Source of the DNA: Meiothermus sp.
GTDB taxonomy: Bacteria > Deinococcota > Deinococci > Deinococcales > Thermaceae
Assembly: GCA_033762915.1 (NCBI GenBank)
Contig: JANRLD010000040.1
Coordinates: 1 to 15,414, forward strand
Direction: 5' to 3'
Length of the DNA stretch: 15,414 nucleotides
Of the stretch, positions 1-7,277 are shown in pieces. A program made the position numbers and the translations under genes. Position 1 is the first letter of the stretch, and every line of letters starts with the position of its first letter. The notes beneath the pieces were generated by a model, which ran no database searches, was not told the DNA's origin, and saw only the letters and a list, made by a program, of their open reading frames with translations.

Positions 1-177
1 CAGGTCGCTCTGCAAGAGCTGCTCGGCAACGGTAAGGGTTTCGTTGAGGCGTGTGACTTCGCGCTGGGCTTGGCTGGCTTGGTTGGAGGCAACCAAGGTG
101 CGGGCCAGCATCGTCCCCAAAATTCCCAACAGGAACAGCATCACCAGCAGTTCAACCAGGCTGAAACCTCGAGTCAT
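1..177 (-). CDS. Type IV minor pilin / prepilin-type N-terminal cleavage-methylation domain protein (PilW-like); partial, 3' end runs off the window
   Basis: Not in the ORF track; translated by hand from the ATG at 177 as MTRG|FSLVELLVMLFLLGILGTMLARTLVASNQASQAQREVTRLNETLTVAEQLLQSDL. It has a class III signal (G|F, Glu+5, hydrophobic helix) and the 'L..DL' end of helix 1 typical of PilW/PulJ. The ATG overlaps the upstream TGA (ATGA, 174-177). Confidence 0.85.
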   Translation of the reverse strand, partial: MTRGFSLVELLVMLFLLGILGTMLARTLVASNQASQAQREVTRLNETLTVAEQLLQSDL

Positions 178-551
178 TGCGCCACCACCGTTAGAACTTG
201 GAGCATCTGCTGTCCCTCGCGTTGCAGCTCGAGTCGGATCTGGTAGGCCGAAGGATCATGAACCGTGGCGGCACACAACAGCCCGCTGGGCTGCATAATG
301 CATGGTGTAGGCGTACAGTTCACCGTGTATCCGTTTTGGCTGGTGTTTGTACAGCTTTCGGGAAGGGCCAAGGGGTTGCTGCGCAGCCGCTCGACCTCCG
401 CCCTGGCCGTACTAACCGCCCGCTGCATCCCGAGGGCATGGCGACCGGTCTTAAATCCGCTGGTCAGGAGTCCCAACACCGCCAGCATCACCACCGCGAA
501 AATCGCCAGCGAAATAAGGAACTCGATTAAACTCAGACCTTGGTTCTTCAT
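174..551 (-). CDS. Type IV minor pilin (PilV-like)
   Basis: MKNQG|LSLIEFLISLAIFAVVMLAVL prepilin motif with Glu+5, and four Cys in the C-terminal head. ATG 551 is preferred over 566 because a GAGGGA SD-like sequence precedes it. Confidence 0.85.
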   Translation of the reverse strand: MKNQGLSLIEFLISLAIFAVVMLAVLGLLTSGFKTGRHALGMQRAVSTARAEVERLRSNPLALPESCTNTSQNGYTVNCTPTPCIMQPSGLLCAATVHDPSAYQIRLELQREGQQMLQVLTVVAQ

Positions 552-574
552 AGCAATCCCTCTCATGAATCTGG

Positions 575-1042
575 CTAGTTGGTGTAGCCCCCTACAGAGA
601 TGCTCACCTCGCGAGTGGCCCCAGAGTCGTCGATTAGCCGCAGCCGTCCGGCCACAGAGCCATCGCTGGCACTGCTACCCCGACCTTCTGGCGACCAGAC
701 CATCAAATGTCCTCCGCCCAGATTTATCTCAGTCAGGCGAACCCCGCGCCGGTACTCGACAGACCTCCAGCCCTCTAGGACTGGCTCGCCAGTGTCGCGG
801 GTCTTGTTGGCATTGTGATCTACATAAACCTTGACCTGGGCCGACGAGAACTCCAACACCACACTACGGTTTCGCTTAATGGCCTCGAATCGAGTTTTGG
901 AGATCAGCTGTTCGATCTCCGAAGCCGCCCGGCCAAGTTCGGCACTGGTGCCCACAAAGCGCACCGAGAGGGAAAGCAAAACCCCTAGGATCGCCAAAAC
1001 GACCAGTATCTCAACCAGTGACAGCCCTTGACTGTGTTTCAT
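575..1042 (-). CDS. Type IV minor pilin, FimT/FimU/GspH-like
   Basis: MKHSQG|LSLVEILVVLAILGVLLSL prepilin motif, 'TRFEAIKRNRSVVL' (resembles the FimT/GspH AR.EAi.r motif), 'VYVDHNAN...D.GE' loop and C-terminal 'VSISVGG'. First gene of the operon. Confidence 0.85.
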   Translation of the reverse strand: MKHSQGLSLVEILVVLAILGVLLSLSVRFVGTSAELGRAASEIEQLISKTRFEAIKRNRSVVLEFSSAQVKVYVDHNANKTRDTGEPVLEGWRSVEYRRGVRLTEINLGGGHLMVWSPEGRGSSASDGSVAGRLRLIDDSGATREVSISVGGYTN

Positions 1043-1782
1043 TACCCTGGATTATGGCTAGTCCAGGGTTTTGGTCTGGTTCACTTGGGCGTTATCAAGC
1101 CGGAGATCGTAACATTAATACAATTGATCCAGAGTTGGAGTGCAACCATGGGATAAACCCATCCTGTAAGGCATTTTCGGTGCAATGTACCCATCACGTT
1201 TTGAGTAAAATTGGACAAGATTAGCGGAGTTTACGACCCAGTTGGCCAGAGTTGTACTGAAATTGGTATTAAGGTGGACTATGTGGTTTGGCAGGAAGAA
1301 TGGTTGTTTAGAAGGGACAGCAATTTCCGCCAACGCGGCGGAAAACCTTAGCCTCCTGCAAAAGTCTCGAGACCCGGTCCGCCAATCCCGGTGCTGTGCC
1401 ACTGAAGCCGCAATCTGGAAACATCGACTCGAGAACTCGACTGCCTCAAACCACTGTTCCCAGAGAATTCAAAGCAAATGGTTCCAAAAATGGTGGAAGT
1501 TGTCCTTAAGCGGTGCTGGGGACAGCATCAGGTGTCGTGCGCCATTCTTGCCCTAATACATTGGAACTCGCCCTTCTGAATCAAATCCCAAAGTGAAGAT
1601 GGAAGGGGCCAATCCAGGTTCTTCGCACCAAGGTTGGGAACTCGAGATCTGATATTCCCGACCTCCGCAAGTTGGTTCACCATTGCGTCTCAGTTTTCAA
1701 CTTCATAGGCCTCAAGGCTGTGCGGGTACAGTCCGACCCCTCCTGCGGTCTCGAGACGGGTTTAGCGGATTTCTACGTGCGG

Positions 1783-2979
1783 CTAATCCCGATCTGCTGG
1801 GTCGCCCAAAGGCCTCGACTTTTGGGGTGCTCGAGCCTCTCGCTCAGCCTCCACCGCATGGTGGCCAATAATCTCCAGAGCAGTGTCGCCCGACGGCGGC
1901 TGCATCAGCCCGGCCCGCACGTCGCGGAAGTAGCGCTCGAGGGGCAGGGCACGGGTCAGGCTCAAACCTCCGGCTACCCTCAGGGCTTTGTCGGTGACCT
2001 CGTTGGCGGTCTCGGTGATGAGGTGCTTGGCCGCGACCAATCGGGGATACAGCCGGCTCCGACCCGCCGGCTCGCCGGTCCAGGCTCCGGTTGCCTCCAA
2101 GAAAAGGGCTCGAGCGGCCTGCAAGGCCAGGTCGATTTCCCCGATCTGGCGCTGAATCTTGGGCAGCGTGGCGATAGGCTGGCCCAGGGCGGTTGGGGTA
2201 CGCTCGAGGACAAACCGAATGAGGGCATGGCGGGCCGCCAGGGCCGTGCCCAGGTACACCGCCGACATTACCATTGGGAACCAGGCATTGGGGACCGGGG
2301 TAGAGGCCCGGCCCCGCTGTAATAGATTCTCGGCAGGAACCACCACGTCCTTGAAGTAGACATCGTGGCTATCGCTGGCCCGGAAGCTGAGCGCGTCCCC
2401 CCAAGTGTCCGCCCACTCGAGCCCGGGCGCGCCGTTGGGCACCAAGACGGTGGCCGGTTCTTCTTCGATTCGCACGCTCACCAGCAGGTGGGTCAGGTGC
2501 CGGCCACCGGTACACCAGGTTTTGTGACCGTTGACCCGCCATCCGCTACCATCGGCGGTAGGAACGGCGGTAGTGGCGGGCAGTCCACCCCTCGAGGGGC
2601 TGCCCAGCTGCGGCTCGCTGGCGAGGGCATTGAACAACCCGCCTTGCACGGCCTGCCGGCACATCATGGCAGTCTTCTCCTCCGGCCAGGCCCCAGTTTC
2701 CCGGGCCTGCCCAAAGATGTGCAGTTGCATTCCGGCCACCATCGCCGTCGACCCGCTGCCCTGCGACAACTCGAGGTGGGCCTCCACGCATTCGCGCATG
2801 GAGAGCCCCTGGCCGCCGTACTCGGTGGGGATGCTAAGGCACAAGTAACCGGACTTCTTGAGGGCCGCAATATCCTCCGGCGGCAGTCGGCCGATCCGGT
2901 CGGCTTCGTCGGCTCGGCGGCCAAACTCACCCGCCAGGGATTGGGCAAGATGCATGGGGGCGAGTTCAGGGTAGGTCAT
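1783..2979 (-). CDS. Acyl-CoA dehydrogenase-fold flavoprotein (YdbM-like subfamily)
   Basis: 398 aa with ACAD-fold motifs 'ASEPQLGSPSRGG', 'VNGHKTWCTGG', 'RASDSHDVYFKDV' and 'LERYFRDVRAG'. AGGT SD-like sequence 7 nt before the ATG. Confidence 0.9.
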   Translation of the reverse strand: MTYPELAPMHLAQSLAGEFGRRADEADRIGRLPPEDIAALKKSGYLCLSIPTEYGGQGLSMRECVEAHLELSQGSGSTAMVAGMQLHIFGQARETGAWPEEKTAMMCRQAVQGGLFNALASEPQLGSPSRGGLPATTAVPTADGSGWRVNGHKTWCTGGRHLTHLLVSVRIEEEPATVLVPNGAPGLEWADTWGDALSFRASDSHDVYFKDVVVPAENLLQRGRASTPVPNAWFPMVMSAVYLGTALAARHALIRFVLERTPTALGQPIATLPKIQRQIGEIDLALQAARALFLEATGAWTGEPAGRSRLYPRLVAAKHLITETANEVTDKALRVAGGLSLTRALPLERYFRDVRAGLMQPPSGDTALEIIGHHAVEAEREARAPQKSRPLGDPADRD

Positions 2980-3229
2980 GGATTAAACCTGGTTCGGCAC
3001 TGCTGGTGCTTTTGACCTCGAGAAATCGCAAGACCCCACATGATGGGCGATCTGACACCAAACATCCGACTCCAGTTGAATCAGACGCGGATGCACTCCA
3101 CACCTTATCCTATCGTCTTCGTGAAGCACTCCGGTGAGGTGCATCCACCCAAACCGACTCCGTCCTCGCCAAGTCTGTGCCCAACAGCGCACGGGGAAAC
3201 CCGTTGTACCCTTGGGCCCATTGTCGGGC

Positions 3230-3676
3230 TCAAGCCCCCACGCCTGCCTCGATGCCGTAGTTGTACGCCTCGCGGCGGCCGGACCTAGAAACCACAGCCC
3301 AAAAGTTGTGTTCTGAAAGCTCGGGCATCTGCAGTAAAAAGACCCAGAACTTCTCGAGGCTCTCCCCGCCATCAGGTCGGATGCCGCTATCGGGGGTGAC
3401 CAAGCGGAGGGTGGAGTTGCCCGCGTTCATGTAGTCCTTGACGATCATGGCCAGTTCGTCGGCGTCGGGGTCGTCGGTGAGGTCGTAGGCGTCGGGGTCA
3501 TCGGCGATCAGGCCGAGGGGACTCTGGTCGTCCTCGCCGTCCTCGAGGTAACTACACAAGGCCAACTCGAGGGCGTCGAGAAAAGCCTGTGCGTCGGCCA
3601 CTCGGGGCAGTTCAATCTCGAGGTCTGGAATCTCGAGCGCCTTCAAAAGGGAATCGATCTGTTCGGGCAGTGCCAT
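3230..3676 (-). CDS. Hypothetical acidic protein (148 aa)
   Basis: GC-rich third codon positions. ATG 3676 is preceded by an AAAGGTGA SD, and the longer ORF-track start (3790) runs through AT-richer intergenic DNA. 32 D/E versus 9 K/R. Confidence 0.8.
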   Translation of the reverse strand: MALPEQIDSLLKALEIPDLEIELPRVADAQAFLDALELALCSYLEDGEDDQSPLGLIADDPDAYDLTDDPDADELAMIVKDYMNAGNSTLRLVTPDSGIRPDGGESLEKFWVFLLQMPELSEHNFWAVVSRSGRREAYNYGIEAGVGA

Positions 3677-4060
3677 GGCATCACCTTTAAAGAAAGTTGC
3701 AGATAATTTAGCACCAAAGCCCCTTATTCGCACAGGCCGCGGCTCGAGAAGGGCCAGTAGTGCCCAATTCAACTTTCGACAGGGGTACAATCGGTGACAA
3801 ATACCCAGTATGTAGGTTGAAACTGGTCCAGTTTGGGCCGTTACTTGGCGTTAATGGCCTGCAGACACCGGTGAATTTTCCCCTTCTGATACGGCCCATT
3901 TCGATAACGTGCACATCTGTGGTCCGGTGCGGTAATCTGGCTCGAGAGATTGGAATAAGTTGGGTGAGAGCAAAATTACCCACAGGAGGAATCCATAACA
4001 AGTTTGCGAAAGTAGTACAGACAATCAGACCGATCTTCCGGGCAGGGAGGTGTTTGAAGT

Positions 4061-7000
4061 ATGCAGGGGACCAAGCACAGGAATTGGCTTTTGGTAATCG
4101 TGTTGATACTTTTGGCGGCTTGTAGCACTCCGCAGGGCGGCCCTGAGGGGCCCAAGACACCTCAGGGAACTGGCCTGAGCGCGGAGTACTTCGCCCAGCC
4201 AGACTTCACCGGCACAAGGGTAGAGCAGGTCAGCACCCGCATCACCTTTGAGTGGGGCGAGTCGGTGCCTGCACTAGGGATGCGCCCCGGTAGGTTTAGC
4301 GCTCGGTGGACGGGTTTCGTGCAGCCGGAGTTCAGCGAGGAATACACCTTCAGCTTCCCCTCGGTAGGCACGGCCCGGCTGTGGGTGGACGGCTTCGAGG
4401 TGGCCAGCGGTGGCAGGGTCGCGCTTACCGCTGGCAAGCTGCACGGGCTGCGCCTCGAGTTCGTCAAAACCGAGGCCGAGGCGTCCCTGCGTCTAGAGTG
4501 GAGTAGCCCTTCCACCGAGGCCGCCACAATCCCAACCGGAAGGCTCTATCCCAGCACCCCCGCCCCCGATGCTTCGGTCAGCGCCCAGGCACCGCCACCC
4601 AACCAGAACCTGCTGCTCAACCCGGACTTTGAGGCTGGTACGGGCAACTGGATTCGCTATGGCATCGGCACCTTCACCGCCGTCACGCCCGGTCGCAGCG
4701 GCACGGGCCGCGCGGCCTCGGGTGCCGGCTTCGCCTGGGTTCAGCAGGACCTGCCGGGCAACTTCGTGGCGGCCGGAACCACCTACACCCTCGAGGGTTG
4801 GGGACGCTCGGTGGGCGGACGGGTCTGCACGCTGGGCTTTTCTGGAGGCAACTCAACCTCGCCCAGCGCGACCTTCAATCAGACCCTTACCTTCACCGTA
4901 GGTTGGGAACGCAAGGCCATTAGCTTCGCGCCGCCGGCCGGAACGGTCTGGACGGTGGTTTATTTCAGCAGCCCCCAGACCGAGTGTCAGTTCGACGACC
5001 TCGACCTGCGGGTGGGCGGAACACCCCCGCCCCCTCCCCCGCCGCCGAGTACCAGTTTGATTCTGAGCGGCGACTTTGAGGGTAACAACGCCGTTTGGGA
5101 CGTATTCGGGGGTAGCTCGAGCTTTGTCGCGGGCCGGGCCAGCCCGACCGCCCTCCAGGGCTCCAACTTCACCTGGATTCAGCAGGACTTACCCTCTACC
5201 GCCGTCACGGTCGGAGCCACCTATACCCTGTCTGGTTTTGCCCGCGCCAACGGTGGCACTTGCACCATCGGGTTCTCCGGCGGCACCGGCAACACCCAGA
5301 CCTTCAACCGCACCCTGACCTTCCAGGCCGCCGTATGGGAGCAGCAGTCGCTATCTGTCACCCTGCCCACGGGCACCGGCTGGGCGGTGGTCTACCTGGC
5401 GGCCAGTGCTCAGCCCTGCCAGTTCGACGACCTGGTGCTAGGCAACGGCTCCACCCCGCCACCACCACTGCCCGCCCCAACCGGCTTTGGCGCGACCGCC
5501 ACAAGCAGCACCGCTGTCGCGCTCAGCTGGAACGCGGTAGTTGGCGCCACGGGCTACCAGCTCGAGCGCCGCACCGACAGTACCGCATTCGCCCCCCTGG
5601 CCAGCCCCAGCGGAGCCAGCTTCACCGATACGGGTCTGCTTTCGTCGACCCGCTATACCTACCGGCTGCGGGCCACTGCCAGCGGCACCAGCAGTACTGC
5701 GGTGGAAGCCAGCGCCACCACCCCCAGCGGCGGACTGAACGGCGGGCCACAGGCGGGCACTCGAGGCTTCTTCGGCCCAGTGCGCGACTGGCCGCTGGTG
5801 GCCACCCACGCCGCGCTGCTGCCCGACGGGCGGGTCATTTCCTGGTACTCCTTCGACCGCATCGGAGTCTTCCGCGACATCCAAGACGTTAACGCCGACT
5901 TTCACAAGTCGACCATCGTCTCGCTCTGGAATCCGGTCACCAACAGCTTCAGCGAGTTCAACAACACCACCACCGATCTGTTTTGTGCGGGCTGGGCGCT
6001 GCTGCCCGACGGTCGACTGTTGGTGGCGGGAGGGAACCTAGGTACCCCCTGGGGCAGCCCCCACACCAACATCTTTAACCCGTCCAACAACGGCTGGACG
6101 CGTGGGCCGGACATGCGGGCAGGACGCTGGTATCCCTCGGTCACGCCCCTGCCCAACGGCGAGATGTTGATCAGTGGCGGCACCGAGGTGGGGGGCGGCG
6201 TAAACCGCATCCACGAGGTGTATCAGACCAATGGCACCCTGCGTCAGCTAACCGGGGCGACCACCGCGGGGCGCGACTTCAACCACTACTTCCCTTGGTT
6301 CCATGTTGCCCCCAACGGACAGGTCTTCTACGCCGGCTCAACCCCCGCCATGTACTACCTCAACACTGCTGGCACCGGGAGCTGGGGGGCCACAAGCTTC
6401 AACCGCGACAACCTGGGGCGCAGCTACGGCAGCTCGGTGATGTACGAACCGGGCAGAATCATGGTGATCGGAGGCGGCACCCCCGCCACCAATACCACCC
6501 GGCTGATCGACCTAGGCGCGACCGGCGGTGCGACGGTGCGTGCCGGCCCCAACATGGCCACCGCCCGCACCAACCTCGACGCCACCCTTCTGGCCGACGG
6601 CACCATCTTCGCCAACGGCGGAAATACTACAGGCGCCATCTTTACCTCGGCCAACGCGGTGTTCGCCGGTGAGCTCTACAATCCCCGCACCAACAGTTGG
6701 ACCACCATGGCCTCGGCCAGCCAGGTTCGCGAATACCATTCGGTGGCCCTCTTGCTGCCCGACGCAACGGTATGGACTGCCGGAGGTGGTGGCTGCGGAA
6801 ACTGCGGCGGAGGTTTGAACAAGCTCAACTACGAAATCTTCTATCCGCCCTACCTCTTCCGCAAGGACGGCTCGGGAGAACTGGCAGCACGCCCGGCCAT
6901 CAGCGGACTTCCCGCCACGGTCGGCTACAACAGCAGCTTCACCCTGAACACCCCCAACGCCTCCTCCATTCAGTCGGTGACGCTGGTGGCCCCCGGTTCC

Positions 7001-7183
7001 TCCACCCACGCCTTCAACTACAGCCAGCGCTTTATGACCCTGCCCATAACTGGTCGGAACGCCTCGAGCCTGACGGTAGGCACCCCCTCCAGCCCCAACC
7101 TAGCTCCCCCCGGCTTCTACATGGTCTTCGTCATCAACAGCGACGGCGTGCCTTCGGTGGCCCGGTTTATGCGGGTACAGTAG
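4061..7183 (+). CDS. Lipoprotein copper radical oxidase (galactose oxidase-like, CAZy AA5) with PA14, two CBM4/9-like, FN3, Kelch beta-propeller and C-terminal E-set (DUF1929) domains
   Basis: GGGAGG SD; lipobox LAAC (Cys21); PA14 'GLSAEYF...FSARWTG..P....YTF...LWVDG'; two 'L.N/SxDFE...CQFDDL' modules; Pro linkers; FN3 'PAPTGF...LSW...YQLER...YTYRL'; AA5 motifs DLFC642, RWY691, REY892H893 and STH983. Confidence 0.92.
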   Translation: MQGTKHRNWLLVIVLILLAACSTPQGGPEGPKTPQGTGLSAEYFAQPDFTGTRVEQVSTRITFEWGESVPALGMRPGRFSARWTGFVQPEFSEEYTFSFPSVGTARLWVDGFEVASGGRVALTAGKLHGLRLEFVKTEAEASLRLEWSSPSTEAATIPTGRLYPSTPAPDASVSAQAPPPNQNLLLNPDFEAGTGNWIRYGIGTFTAVTPGRSGTGRAASGAGFAWVQQDLPGNFVAAGTTYTLEGWGRSVGGRVCTLGFSGGNSTSPSATFNQTLTFTVGWERKAISFAPPAGTVWTVVYFSSPQTECQFDDLDLRVGGTPPPPPPPPSTSLILSGDFEGNNAVWDVFGGSSSFVAGRASPTALQGSNFTWIQQDLPSTAVTVGATYTLSGFARANGGTCTIGFSGGTGNTQTFNRTLTFQAAVWEQQSLSVTLPTGTGWAVVYLAASAQPCQFDDLVLGNGSTPPPPLPAPTGFGATATSSTAVALSWNAVVGATGYQLERRTDSTAFAPLASPSGASFTDTGLLSSTRYTYRLRATASGTSSTAVEASATTPSGGLNGGPQAGTRGFFGPVRDWPLVATHAALLPDGRVISWYSFDRIGVFRDIQDVNADFHKSTIVSLWNPVTNSFSEFNNTTTDLFCAGWALLPDGRLLVAGGNLGTPWGSPHTNIFNPSNNGWTRGPDMRAGRWYPSVTPLPNGEMLISGGTEVGGGVNRIHEVYQTNGTLRQLTGATTAGRDFNHYFPWFHVAPNGQVFYAGSTPAMYYLNTAGTGSWGATSFNRDNLGRSYGSSVMYEPGRIMVIGGGTPATNTTRLIDLGATGGATVRAGPNMATARTNLDATLLADGTIFANGGNTTGAIFTSANAVFAGELYNPRTNSWTTMASASQVREYHSVALLLPDATVWTAGGGGCGNCGGGLNKLNYEIFYPPYLFRKDGSGELAARPAISGLPATVGYNSSFTLNTPNASSIQSVTLVAPGSSTHAFNYSQRFMTLPITGRNASSLTVGTPSSPNLAPPGFYMVFVINSDGVPSVARFMRVQ
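4607..5440 (+). repeat. Tandem duplicated carbohydrate-binding (CBM4/9-like) modules, about 4607-5008 and 5054-5440, joined by a poly-Pro linker
   Basis: Shared protein motifs WVQQDLP/WIQQDLP, TYTL.G..R..GG, CTLGFSGG/CTIGFSGG, TFN.TLTF, PAGTVW/PTGTGW and CQFDDL. The similarity is also visible in the DNA (ttcagcaggac; cagttcgacgacct). Confidence 0.85.
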
Positions 7184-7245
7184 GGGCCCATTAGAACCGG
7201 GGTCTCGGCTTTCCAGACCAGAAGCCCCTACCACCCCAAAACAAC

Positions 7246-7277
7246 CCCGGCTGCTGTAAAGTAGCCGGGTGCTTTTT
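7246..7277 (+). terminator. Probable intrinsic terminator of the oxidase gene
   Basis: 9-bp stem CCCGGCTGC / GTAGCCGGG (one G-U) with loop TGTAAA, followed by TGCTTTTT, about 60 nt after the stop at 7183. Confidence 0.55.
7257..7262 (+). promoter_or_regulatory. Putative -10 element (TAAAGT) for a leaderless metallophosphoesterase mRNA
   Basis: TANNNT exactly 6 nt before GTG 7269, with no SD. This matches the leaderless geometry known in Deinococcus-Thermus. Confidence 0.5.

Noticed and set aside
1324..1344. Terminator call for the 8-bp inverted repeat
   Set aside because: The T-run is 5' and the A-run 3' on both strands, the wrong polarity for intrinsic termination.
1115..1556. ORFs 1115-1402 (-) and 1242-1556 (+) in the noncoding gap
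   Set aside because: No recognisable domain, weak starts and no GC3 codon bias.
1672..3015. Two 216-aa plus-strand ORFs (1672-2322, 2365-3015)
   Set aside because: Antisense shadows of the ACAD-fold gene.
2983..3372. Minus-strand ORF ending 3 nt before the ACAD start
   Set aside because: Overlaps the acidic protein out of frame, has atypical composition and no SD for its internal ATG.
3708..4160. ORFs 3708-4160 (-) and 3760-4125 (+)
   Set aside because: They span the AT-richer divergent promoter region and show no coding signature.
5024..5047. C-rich low-complexity tract as a phase-variation site
   Set aside because: It encodes the poly-Pro linker with mixed codons and has no long homopolymer.
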